Assembly: GCA_965235115.1 (NCBI GenBank)
Contig: OZ249438.1
Location: 40,548,001 to 40,612,000, forward strand
Length of the DNA: 64,000 nucleotides
Origin: Laetmonice hystrix
Taxonomy: Eukaryota
Direction: 5' to 3'
In this document: piece after piece, positions 1-11,764 of the stretch
How the letters are laid out: every line of letters begins with the position of its first letter
Numbering within the stretch: the first letter of the stretch is position 1
Position numbers and translations under genes: made by a program
Notes under the pieces: model-generated
Told to the model about the DNA's origin: nothing
The model's database searches: none
The model's input: the letters and a program-made list of their open reading frames with translations, nothing else

Positions 1-229
1 AATAAGGGCACTGTTCTTTGGAGAAAACGTTTAAATAGTTGCACGAGGGTTTGCAGCAGACCTTTCAAATTCTGAAACAGTCCACCATAATAAAATATGC
101 CGATGACAAAGAGCGAAGTACACAGTGTATTTCGATACCAGGTGTGAAAGGATTTGGAGATCTGTCGTACCTAAATTCCCTGGTTATGCTATATTGATCA
201 ACTTTGTGGTATAAGACAATATAACCACA

Positions 230-660
230 CCTGGGTGGGTGCGCTAATATTCACATACAGGCGCATGTGGGTGCATGCGCCTGTATGTGAGACAGTTTCT
301 AATTTCTAACGTTAAATCTATTATTCAGAATTAGGCGCACCCACGTACGTGATTATATTGTGCAGTTGTGTTACCGTAGGCATGAGAACATGAATGGACG
401 TAGCCTAGGCCCATGTTTTTCACTCGAAGGACTGTCGGTGGCAGTATTGCACTCTACCATTACTATAGGGGTGTTCATTTGCGCCTATATATGTTAATAT
501 TGGGGTGCGCAGATATTGGGGGTGTGCTTATACCCGGATATATGCGCATGCGCCTATATCTGACGATTTTTGATTTTGAAATTTCCTAAAAAAAACCCCG
601 CAAAAATCCGCTTATAGGCGCACGCGTCTAAAAGTACGTCAATACGGCAGTAATTATTAC
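230..660. repeat. Cluster of (TA)TAGGCGCA/TGCGCCTATA motifs with two hairpins; probable DNA-transposon or Helitron remnant
   Basis: Perfect 17-bp inverted repeat at 251-267/274-290 (6-nt loop). Near-perfect palindrome at 537-560. The motif recurs in both orientations near 331, 480, 549 and 613. Confidence 0.35.
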
Positions 661-883
661 GTCACAAAACCATGGGGAGAGATGACGCTACCTTGGAGAT
701 AGCCTCGATCCCATGACCCTTTGCGCGCAGAGCTTGCAGATAACGGGGCGGGTGTTCGGCCTACCTTGGAGATTGGGGAGATGACGTCACATGATCAAAC
801 TGATACCTTGGTGACCACGCGGAGATCATACTGACCTTACATGACCACAGTGGTGGGCCATCACATGTCACGCCCCAGTCCAC

Positions 884-1441
884 CCCCACTGGTTACCCCA
901 CTGGTTACCCCACTGGTTACCCCACTGGTTACCCCACTGGGTTACCCCACTGGTTACCCCACTGGGTTACCCCACTGGGTTACCCCACTGGTTACCCCAC
1001 TGGGTTACCCCACTGGTTACCCCACTGGTTACCCCACTGGTTACCCCACTGGTTACCCCACTGGTTACCCCACTGGTTACCCCACTGGTTACCCCACTGG
1101 TTACCCCACTGGTTACCCCACTGGGTTACCCCACTGGTTACCCCACTGGGTTACCCCACTGGTTACCCCACTGGTTACCCCACTGGTTACCCACTGGGTT
1201 ACCCCACTGGTTTACCCCACTGGTTACCCCACTGGTTACCCCACTGGTTACCCCACTGGGTTACCCCACTGAGTTACCCCACTGGTTTACCGCACTGGTT
1301 ACCCCACTGGGTTACCCCACTGGTTACCCCACTGGGTTACCCCACTGGTTACCCCACTGGGTTACCCCACTGGTTACCCCACTGGGTTACCCCACTGGTT
1401 ACCCCACTGGTTACCCCACTGGTTACCCCACTGGTTTACCC
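884..1441. repeat. 12/13-bp minisatellite (GGTTACCCCACT)n, about 45 copies
   Basis: Direct reading; single-base G/T insertion variants. Explains the GYPT/VTPL ORF. Confidence 0.98.
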
Positions 1442-1928
1442 GGCTGGGAGTGGGGTGACCGGAGGGGTTAGATACAGCAGGTACCAAACCAAACCCTCAC
1501 TTCCCTGACTGAGACCAGTACCTCCGGGATCCACTGGACGCCCAGTACCAACCTCCCACTGTGAGAACCAATTACCCGACCCCTCCCGGGGATCCCAGCC
1601 GGGGAAGGGGTGGGGCAGGGGGTCAGGTCAGGTGGGGTGGATGATGAGGGTTGCGGCCGTACCCTCAGTAACAGCTCGCCCGGTGAACACTCTCACACAC
1701 GTGGGGTCCCCCAGTCAGGCAGCACACCTACAGTTTGTACCAGTCTCAGGATCAGCGTCCTCCACGCAGTACCATACCTGTCCACCAGGTGGAGCACCAG
1801 TCACCTCACACCTGGAGTTTACGGTCTGTCGACCCCTGACTAAGTGAAGAGTCCATGTGACAAGGTGTACACACTGGATGACTGACACGGATTACTGTTG
1901 GATGAATGTGACCGGAGAATACGGGAAT

Positions 1929-2563
1929 CAGTGTGGGCCCAGTACCATGTACATCTGTCTGCTGGGTGTGATCCCAGCTCGGGTAGGACATTCTCTCCTC
2001 AGTGTGGGCCCAGTACCATGTACATCTGTCTGTTGGGTGTGATCCCAGCTCGGGTAGGACATTCTCTCCTCAGTGTGGGCCCAGTACCATGTACATCTGT
2101 CTGCTGGGTGTGATCCCAGCTCGGGTAGGACATTCTCTCCTCAGTGTGGGCCCAGTACCATGTACATCTGTCTGCTGGGTGTGATCCCAGCTCGGGTAGG
2201 ACATTCTCTCCTCAGTGTGGGCCCAGTACCATGTACATCTGTCTGCTGGGTGTGATCCCAGCTCGGGTAGGACATTCTCTCCTCAGTGTGGGCCCAGTAC
2301 CATGTACATCTGTCTGCTGGGTGTGATCCCAGCTCGGGTAGGACATTCTCTCCTCAGTGTGGGCCCAGTACCATGTACATCTGTCTGCTGGGTGTGATCC
2401 CAGCTCGGGTAGGACATTCTCTCCTCAGTGTGGGCCCAGTACCATGTACATCTGTCTGCTGGGTGTGATCCCAGCTCGGGTAGGACATTCTCTCCTCAGT
2501 GTGGGCCCAGTACCATGTACATCTGTCTGCTGGGTGTGATCCCAGATCGGGTAGGACATTCTC
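1929..2563. repeat. 71-bp minisatellite, about 9 copies
   Basis: Unit CAGTGTGGGCCCAGTACCATGTACATCTGTCTGCTGGGTGTGATCCCAGCTCGGGTAGGACATTCTCTCCT; ORF starts are offset by 71 bp. Confidence 0.98.
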
Positions 2564-2826
2564 CCACCAGTCAGTGTTAGGGTGTGATCCCAGCTCGGGT
2601 AGGACATTCTCCCCACCAGTCAGTGTTAAGGTGTGATCCCAGCTCGGGTAGGACATTCTCCCCACCAGTCAGTGTTAGGGTGTGATCCCAGCTCGGGTAG
2701 GACATTCTCCCCACCAGTCAGTGTTAGGGTGTGATCCCAGCTCGGGTAGGACATTCTCCCCACCAGTCAGTGTTAGCGTGTGATCCCAGCTCGGGTAGGA
2801 CATTCTCCCCACCAGTCAGTGTTAGG
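2534..2826. repeat. 49-bp minisatellite, about 6 copies, sharing a 30-bp core with the 71-bp array
   Basis: Unit GTGTGATCCCAGCTCGGGTAGGACATTCTCCCCACCAGTCAGTGTTAGG. Confidence 0.97.
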
Positions 2827-3583
2827 CCGACTTATCTCCAAAATGGGAATTGATCCGAGTAAGGTGCCGCACCATGTTGGCCTTTGTACCTAAGTAGAGG
2901 TACCATGTTAGCCTTTGTACCTAAGCAGAGGAAATGCAAGGAAAAACTCTGATATTTTATCAGGTGACGGCAGATAATAGGGGTGAAACTTGATACAATG
3001 ATTGATGGAACAAAGTTTTCCTGAGCTCCGCTAAAAGATTATTGAATTATTGAGGATTGATGGGTTTATGGGGTTTGTTTTGTTTTTGTTTTTAGATACT
3101 AAGTTGTTAATACTAAGGTAACGTCAGTTCGTACTTCTCCTTGTTCCTGACGGGGTAATCTGTAGATATATTTTATCTTCCCAACCTTATCTTGACTTTT
3201 CACGTTTGACCGTTTTCCTGTTTACAAGCTAGTTGATGTGTCAGAACGTTCAGCTCAGAGTCCCGCTTGCTATATAATTTCACATCTTTACTGCTTGGCG
3301 CTTCTTTTAAAGATAATCTAAATGTGAATGATTGTATGGTATCGATTACCTCCCTGTGTTTTTAATCACCTGACAGGTTATTGAAAAAACTTTCTGATCA
3401 TTTATGTTTGTCAAAGAATACATGTGGCCCAGTTTGAAGTTGGCTTGTGATCCATCCTGTTATTTTCGTGTAAGGGTGTATTTAGATTGATTGGCATGCC
3501 ACTTGAAGTGATGTCCTGTTATTTTCGTGTAAGATTGATTGGCATGCCACTTGAAGTCAAGTCCTGATTGATTTGATTGACAG

Positions 3584-3731
3584 ATCATCCTGAAGGTGTA
3601 TCTGGACGCCACGGCCGCCCACAGCTCCGAGGTTCCCATCACCCCGCAAACAACAGTCAGAGACGTCCTCGACTGCTGCAAGGAACCTGGAGAGGAGCAG
3701 TGCCACCTAGCGGAACTCTGGAGAGGCTGTG
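3584..3731 (+). CDS. PPP1R13B/TP53BP2-like (ASPP): ASPP-family gene, coding exon (equivalent to vertebrate exon 2), N-terminal ubiquitin-like domain
   Basis: Flanked by ttgacag| and |gtaggt; 148 nt, phase 0 to 1. Translates [49 protein letters not shown]. This matches recalled human ASPP1 [49 protein letters not shown]. Confidence 0.96.
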
Positions 3732-4066
3732 GTAGGTGGCGCCACCTGTTGGAAACATCGCGCCGACCGTGATCCTGGGTCGAGGGCGGGTTGGTCCTCT
3801 GGTGGGGAAAAGGGAAATCACTGGATCGATCTCCAGTGCCCCCTAGTGACAGTTGTGAAAGGTCCGCTTTTGGACTAGTTCTGGCACTGTGTGTTCTAAT
3901 TGGATAGGGGTTGTATCTGTTTAGCTTTTCTTCAACCAATACTATACATGCAATAATTATTAACCAACAGAAATCGACCTGATGTCAAATATTAGTAAGA
4001 ATATTGCTGTAAGTATGTATTGCCAAGTATTTAAGCAGTAAGTAATGTTGAGTTTCTGATCGACAG

Positions 4067-4186
4067 AGCGTCCCGTGAACAATGAGGAGCGTCCGTACGA
4101 AATCCTCCAACAATGGGGAATCCACCGTGACGAAGTGCGATTCTTCTTACGTCATGAGGCCACCGTCCCTGACGTCGATGATGACG
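4067..4186 (+). CDS. PPP1R13B/TP53BP2-like (ASPP): ASPP-family gene, coding exon (equivalent to vertebrate exon 3)
   Basis: Flanked by gatcgacag| and |gtatgt; 120 nt, phase 1 to 1, in frame with the previous exon. Translates ERPVNNEERPYEILQQWGIHRDEVRFFLRHEATVPDVDDD, matching recalled ASPP1 [31 protein letters not shown]. Confidence 0.96.
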
Positions 4187-4802
4187 GTATGTCACCATTG
4201 TACAGTCATCAGGCTAAATCTAAGGATAATTAATGGATAATTAGTGTTGTTCAGTTGTATGAATAAAAATAATATTCTTCTGATTAAAAATACCTAATTG
4301 TTTTTAACAAAAGAAAGAGATTAAGGGTGAAATACATGTATAGAGTGTTCCTGCCTGGTGTGTTTGGCAGAAAACTGGCTGAAAATATTTCACACCTATT
4401 TATCCTTCGATCAGAGGTGATATTTTCCGGTTTAGCTCTCGTGATAAGGTCATGTTTCTGGACAGGGGTCCATGGAACTAATCAATGGTAGATTTCAAGC
4501 GTGTTATGGGGGCTGAGATTTCCAGACTGTATAGTTTCGAAATCTCTGTGTAGGTAACATGTGGGCCAGTGGAAGTTATCAAAGGTAATTTGTAACCTAA
4601 TAGCCAGCATGGTGACATGATACGACGCCGAAAGGCTGGTCACTGGGGTGGTTTAATTGAAAACACGGCCTCTAAATAAATTGAAAGATGTGTGTAAAGA
4701 CGAACTATTGACATCACCAGGGCATCATTTGTTTCTGATGATAATTGGTGGCAGATGGTGAAGGTGGGGGGTTCGAGAACGTGATTTATCAAAGGATATA
4801 TA

Positions 4803-6910
4803 TTATATTGTACTGGCAGCATCAGGCTGAGATAAACAGCCTCAGGATGTTATATTGTACTGGCAGCATCAGGCTGAGATAAACAGCCTCAGGATGTGGT
4901 GTACTGGCAGCATCAGGCTGAGATAAACAGCCTCAGGATGTGGTGTACTGGCAGCATCAGGCCGAGATAAACAGCCTCAGGATGTTATATTGTACTGGAA
5001 GCATCAGGCTGAGATAAACAGCCTCAGGATGTGGTGTACTGGCAGCATCAGGCCGAGATAAACAGCCTCAGGATGTTATATTGTACTGGCAGCATCAGGC
5101 TGAGATAAACAGCCTCAGGATGTGGTGTACTGGCAGCATCAGGCCGAGATAAACAGCCTCAGGATGTTATATTGTACTGGAAGCATCAGGCTGAGATAAA
5201 CAGTCTCAGGATGTTATATTGTACTGGCAGCATCAGGCTGAGATAAACAGCCTCAGGATGTGGTGTACTGGCAGCATCAGGCTGAGATAAACAGCCTCAG
5301 GATGTGGTGTACTGGCAGCATCAGGCCGAGATAAACAGCCTCAGGATGTGGTGTACTGGCAGCATCAGGCTGAGATAAACAGCCTCAGGATGTTATATTG
5401 TACTGGCAGCATCAGGCTGAGATAAACAGCCTCAGGATGTTATATTGTACTGGCAGCATCAGGCTGAGATAAACAGCCTCAGGATGTTATATTGTACTGG
5501 CAGCATCAGGCTGAGATAAACAGCCTCAGGATGTTATATTGTACTGGCAGCATCAGGCTGAGATAAACAGCCTCAGGATGTTATATTGTACTGGCAGCAT
5601 CAGGCTGAGATAAACAGCCTCAGGATGTTATATTGTACTGGCAGCATCAGGCTGAGATAAACAGCCTCAGGATGTGGTGTACTGGCAGCATCAGGCTGAG
5701 ATAAACAGCCGCAGGATGTTATATTGTACTGGCAGCATCAGGCTGAGATAAACAGCCTCAGGATGTGGTGTACTGGCAGCATCAGGCTGAGATAAACAGC
5801 CTCAGGATGTGGTGTACTGGCAGCATCAGGCCGAGATAAACAGCCTCAGGATGTGGTGTACTGGCAGCATCAGGCTGAGATAAACAGTCTCAGGATGTTA
5901 TATTGTACTGGCAGCATCAGGCTGAGATAAACAGCCTCAGGATGTTATATTGTACTGGCAGCATCAGGCTGAGATAAACAGCCTCAGGATGTGGTGTACT
6001 GGCAGCATCAGGCTTAGATAAACAGCCGCAGGATGTTATATTGTACTGGCAGCATCAGGCTGAGATAAACAGCCTCAGGATGTTATATTGTACTGGCAGC
6101 ATCAGGCTGAGATAAACAGCCTCATGATGTGGTGTACTGGCAGCATCAGGCTGAGATAAACAGCCTCATGATGCGGTGTACTGGCAGCATCAGGCTGAGA
6201 TAAACAGCCTCAGGATGTTATATCGTACTGGCAGCATCAGGCTGGGATGAACAGCCTCAGGATGTGGTGTACTGGCAGCATCAGGCTGAGATAAACAGCC
6301 TCAGGATGTGGTGTACTGGCAGCATCAGGCTGAGATAAACAGCCTCAGGATGTGGTGTACTGGCAGCATCAGGCTGAGATAAACAGCCTCAGGATGTTAT
6401 ATTGTACTGGCAGCATCAGGCTGAGATAAACAGCCTCAGGATGTTATATTGTACTGGCAGCATTAGGCTGAGATAAACAGCCTCAGGATGTGGTGTACTG
6501 GCAGCATCAGGCTGAGATAAACAGCCGCAGGATGTTATATTGTACTGGCAGCATCAGGCTGAGATAAACAGCCTCAGGATGTGGTGTACTGGCAGCATCA
6601 GGCTGAGATAAACAGCCTCAGGATGTTATATTGTACTGGCAGCATCAGGCTGAGATAAACAGCCTCAGGATGTGGTGTACTGGCAGCATCAGGCTGAGAT
6701 AAACAGCCTCAGGATGTTATATTGTACTGGCAGCATCAGGCTGAGATAAACAGCCTCAGGATGTTATATTGTACTGGCAGCATCAGGCTGAGATAAACAG
6801 CCTCAGGATGTTATATTGTACTGGCAGCATCAGGCTGAGATAAACAGCCTCAGGATGTTATATTGTACTGGCAGCATCAGGCTGAGATAAACAGCCTCAG
6901 GATGTGGTGT
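4803..6910. repeat. 44/47-bp minisatellite, about 46 copies, two interspersed variants
   Basis: Unit GTACTGGCAGCATCAGGCTGAGATAAACAGCCTCAGGATG followed by TTATATT or TGGT. Confidence 0.98.
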
Positions 6911-7221
6911 TTGAGTGGTCTGATTTCATCTCAACATAAACAGTTACGAGAGTTGTTTTATCCAAACTTTAGTGCAGGTATGTAACTGTAACGTTAGTCT
7001 AGGGATAGGTGTTAAAATCGAGGTAAGACTACATCTAAGACGACTTTGGTATGAAGCTGTTGTGAGGCTGGTATGCGCGGCTATATGGACTGGTGATTGC
7101 CATGCCAGACACGTGGACTGCATGCCGACGACTGACCAGAGAAACCCGACCACGGTTAGCGTGAGGTAAGACATGGGACTAACCCGCCCACCACTCCGGC
7201 CTGACCAGCCGTCTGTGCCGG

Positions 7222-9583
7222 TGTGAGATGCAAAATGGACCCCCCATAATATATGGACCCCCGGTCCATATTTCACAGTGAAATATGGACTCCCCCCATA
7301 CGATATGGACCCCCCTCCGTTTTGCCTCTATTTTATATACAATGACTTGCCAAACTAGCAATATTATACAAAACAATCATTTCTGTCAGTTTCCATAAAA
7401 AAGTTGCTTATTAGTAGGCCTAGGATTTAGGCCTACATTATGCCCTAAGCCTGGACTCCCACCACTCATCCAACATTGTTTATGGCAGCTGGGTCCTGAA
7501 TTAAAGACAGTATAAATGTGTTAAAGGAGCTATACTATATTACTAGCTTTGAGTAGCATATGAAGTTATCCCTCTATTTTTCCGGGATGTGGGTCGAATT
7601 TAAATAGCGGAATGTGGACAATGACAATTTTGACAATGAGCATAATCAAGTACCAAGGAGACGCGGAGTGCCAAGGAGTATACCAAGTGACAAGGGGACA
7701 CGAATGCTTCCGTCCACCATATATATTTGCTTTTGGCTATCCTAAAAACGTTTCCTCCTCATGTATTTTCGTTAAAAAAAACATTCGTAGTCACATCTGT
7801 TGAGTACAACATTATATCGTATTGCGAAAACACGTACGACACGGTGAGTGTTATGGAACCTAATTTGTATTAACAGTGATGTTAACGGAGCCGTAGACGA
7901 CCATTGTGTGTACAGTGTATAGGTACAGTGCACGGTAGCTCCTGACCAAACATGAGGCACGTGCCGCAATCAACGACTTGATCAGTGTGTTAAATTCTTG
8001 ACCCCCAATAATAAGTGAGGCTTTTGACCAATCGAGGTAAAATTGTTGGCAAGAAAAGCAAATTTCTGACTAGAAGGACTTCACTCTTTGGTGGAGGCCA
8101 CTTCACTTGTTTAAGAACACAATGCCAGTTATATCACTGTTTTAGGCCCTTTTGTAATTGCCCGCTAAATGACACTAAGTTTATATATAAACAAGTAAGT
8201 GACAGGTAGACACGATTGCATCCGCCATAAAAATCGTTGATTGTCCTCTCAACCCCAATAATAAGTGAGATGGGGGGGGGGGGGGGGTGTGTGTCCATAT
8301 TTCATAGTGTAATATGCCCCCCCCCCCCCGAAGAATGAGAGGGTTCCATATCCATACCAGCTCACTGCGAGATTGAGGGGGGGGGGTCTATATTTCATAG
8401 TGTAATATGGACCCCCCCCAAAGAATAAGAGAGGGTTCCATATTCATACCAGCTCACTGAGAGATTAGGGGAGGGGTGGCCATAGTCACCTAGAGATTGG
8501 GGGTGGGTCCAAATTTCATAGTGTAATATGGACACCCCCCCACCCACCCGTGAAGAATGAGAGGTACCCATATTTCTACCAGCTCACTGTGAAATTGGGG
8601 GGAGGGTCCAAATTTCATAGTGTAATATGGACCCCCCCCCCCCAGAAAATATGCCAATGTTCGCCGGCGACAATATTTGCACGGCGCAATATATATGCCG
8701 TAAAAAAGTACCCATATTTCTACCAGCTCACTGTGAGATTGGGAGGGGGGAGGTCTATATTTCATAGTGTAATATGGACACCCCTCTCCCAAGAATGAGA
8801 GGGTTCAATATTCATACCAGTTCACTGAGAGATTGGAGGGAGGGGTTCCATAGTCACCTAGACATTGGGGGGGGGGTCCAAATTTCAGAGTGTAATATGG
8901 ACCCCCCCTGAAGAATGAGAGGTACCCATATTTCTACCAGCTCACTGAAAGATTGGGGGGGGGGGGGTGCATAGTCACCTAGTGAAAATTCCCCCCAATG
9001 AGAGGCTTCCATATCTATATTCCGACTATATTCCGACTAACATGACCATCAAGAAATTGCTTTCGATTATCCTATGAACCTTCAACGTTAGTGCAAGAGG
9101 TGGGTGTTATGGAACTTAATTGTGTTAACGGTAATGTTAATGGAGCCATCAGGGGCGGATCTAGCTTTCAGAAGGGTCGGGGGTGATGTTTGAGTGAAGG
9201 TGTCGAAAAGGGTCTGGAAGCATGCCGCCCAGCTAGCCTGTTGTCTAGTTTTTTGGCTCCATTTTGCAACCCCCCCCCCCCCAACCCTTAGATCCGCCAC
9301 TGACCATACGACCATTGTATAGGTATACGGTGCGCGGTAGCTGCTGACCAAACTTGAGGCACGTGCCACAATCAACGCCTTGCTCATTGTCATCTCAACC
9401 CCAATAATGCTTTCCTGTGGTTGGTTGATCATTGTCCATAAAATGAACAAAAAATCGAAGGGGGTCCATATTTCATGGGGGGAGTCCATATTTCATAGTG
9501 AAATATGGACCGGGGGGTCCAACTGTCACTATGAAATATGGACCGGGGGTCCATAATATGGGGGGTCCAATTTTCATATCACA
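7222..9583. mobile_element. Non-autonomous DNA transposon, Ginger1-like (2362 bp)
   Basis: Ends are TGTGAGATGCAAAATGGACCCCCC and GGGGGGTCCAATTTTCATATCACA, with imperfect TIRs of about 100 bp. CCGG flanks both sides (7218-7221, 9584-9587). Removing the element restores a 21-bp tandem duplication. No transposase ORF. Confidence 0.8.
9150..9302. mobile_element. 153-bp MITE nested in the Ginger1-like element
   Basis: 14-bp TIRs CAGGGGCGGATCTA / TAGATCCGCCACTG. It interrupts one of two internally duplicated segments (compare about 7845-7980 with about 9105-9385). TSD unclear; superfamily unassigned. Confidence 0.7.
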
Positions 9584-9741
9584 CCGGGATTACCGCTCTC
9601 TGTGCCGGGATTACAGCTCTCCAGGCCGGGCGGCTGACCCTCAACCTCCGTCTATCCTCCAGTGTCTGCCTGGAGACATATCGTCATCAGTAACTGTCAG
9701 TGTATGAATGAACGCTCCTCCGTCTGCCGACTGACCGACAG

Positions 9742-9759
9742 GTACACGGAGGGACAGTA
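9742..9759 (+). CDS. Putative 18-nt frame-preserving microexon of the ASPP gene (G-T-R-R-D-S)
   Basis: ctgaccgacag|GTACACGGAGGGACAGTA|gtaagt. Consensus donor; phase 1 to 1; no stop in the ASPP frame. Confidence 0.5.
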
Positions 9760-11044
9760 GTAAGTATTTGCAGTGTTTTTTATCGTGTCATTTCGACATC
9801 CTGTTTTGAGCCAGCCTGACTATGCTGAAGGCTGAGGAGTCACACAACTGACCTACTTAAAGTTTGTGTCCGCATACCTGTGTTACCTATGGTTTCCCCA
9901 TTCCCCAGGTACACACATATACAAAGTATGTACATACATCTGTGTATATTAGATGAGTACTTGTGAGCACTTGGTGTCACTTTGTGATGACCAGTGAGTT
10001 GTAGACTCGGGTTGTAGCAGTCTCCGTGGTCCTCACAATGAACCAGTCCATTGTCTGTGGAGATCAACGTGTTTCTTGTTCAAACAGTAACGGCTGACAA
10101 GGAAATAGGACGTGTGATATTCTGTCTGTTGTGTGCTAGGAAGTGACAGGTTGACTCTATGGGTATATCAACCCTTCTATCATCCACCCATTCACCCTCC
10201 CACTTGACAACCCTCACAGAGGGCACTCAAGCGTCCAGTGGGGGTGCGGGAGGGGGTATTCACTCAGCTGAGATAATTGGTTAGTTCAGTTATAACTGGT
10301 CACTATAGAGTCACCTTAATAGAAATGGTCACTATCGCGGCTGGTTGATCACTGATTGTCACACGTGGATCGGTAGAGAGGACACGACAGGCGCTCTCAA
10401 TTAAGCCAGTTGCCTTAATTGCCGAGTTAGTCTCGGCAGCGTGCATGGTCAGACCTGTAGGTTAGCCTTGTAAGGCTGGTTAGACGTGGGCATGTCCTTG
10501 GTCATGTTGGACGAGTGGTACCTAGTCAGACCGAGAGGGGGCGCGGTTCAGTTGGCCCGGACAGATGGTCACTGCCGACCCCCAGTGGTACCGTGTATCG
10601 GCAGGGGTTGCTGATTTACCCCAACTGATTCACCCTGCCCCACCCTCCTCATGTCACCTCACACCAGTGCTCGCTGAAATCACCCACGTACACCCCACCC
10701 CCTTCATATACACCCCCCTCCCCCACAAATACTTCAAATACCCCACTCGCCTTCTCAAGTTTCCTTAGTTTTTTGTAAAGCTTTTGGCTGAACAACTCGT
10801 GGAAAAATGGATCGCCTTATCCATTTTTCCAACGCCTACTTCAGAAACTGCCAATAACTACCAGTGTGTGTGTGCCTTTTTTAGGGACATTTATCATTTT
10901 GCTTATCTGATACCTACCGTTCGTTTTTAGACAACCTTATCTTCCTCTCCGTGAGTTGTTTGAAAGGGAAATGAATTTGATTACTTTAAATAGATTTTAA
11001 AACGATTATGTCGCCTTTCTGTTTGCTTCGGATAAAAAAAGGTA

Positions 11045-11335
11045 GGGGTCGTGAGCGAGGTCTGGCTCCCCTGTCCGGGTCGTGGTCATAAAACTGAGCA
11101 GGAAAGTCCTCAAACTGGACATGGAAGTCCTCGGACTGGACATGAAAGTCCTCAAACTGGACATGGAAGTCCTCAGACTGGACATGGGTCGTGAGCGAGG
11201 AGGTCTGGCTCCCCTGTCCGGGTCGTGGTCATAAAACTGAGCAGGAACGTCCTCAAACTGGACATGGAAAGCCATCAGTGGACATGAAAGTCCTGAGTAA
11301 ACATGAAAGCCCTCAGACTTGACATGAAAGTGAGC
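11045..11335. repeat. Compound degenerate repeat (21-bp AAAGTCCTCAAACTGGACATG units plus a duplicated ~55-bp block)
   Basis: Direct reading; explains the SMSSLRT periodic ORF. Confidence 0.85.
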
Positions 11336-11764
11336 CAGCCGAGTGCCAAGTTGAAGGACAGACAGTGAAGTCGTTGTAACGATGACGAATTAAAGGGTCA
11401 AGTTTAGTTTGGGGCGGGGGGAGACACGAGCCGGCCTGTGTCCGGGTACCTGCGTGTCCCACAGCCGCCTACCCACAGACAAACGCTAGCGTCCAGTCCA
11501 GGCCGGCACGCTTTGATCAGTGGTGGCAGGTGTGTAGAGATGACGGTATGGTACAGGTATCCGCTCACGTGTCGTCCGTTGAGGAGGAGAAGGAGGAGTT
11601 TGAGTACTGTGTGACAGGCAGGCAAGTATGGTACCAGGTGTGGCTGAGTATTAGCTCCGTCTGGTGGTGACTGCCAACAACACACACACCGTACCTACTC
11701 AGGTGTGCAGCGACACGCATGCTACACGCCACAGACGCTGATTATCTTTACCTGTGCTTTGTCA

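Noticed and set aside
841-1272. GYPT-repeat protein ORF
   Set aside because: Translation of a 12-bp minisatellite that also has frequent 13-bp frameshifting units.
884-1441. Interstitial telomeric repeat
   Set aside because: The unit is a 12-mer, not TTAGGG or TTAGG.
11465-11529. Alternative phase-1-to-0 linker exon (AYPQTNASVQSRPARFDQWWQ)
   Set aside because: Phase-compatible, but the donor (gtgtgt) is weaker and the peptide shows no ASPP-like character. Ranked below 48866-48900; not excluded without RNA data.
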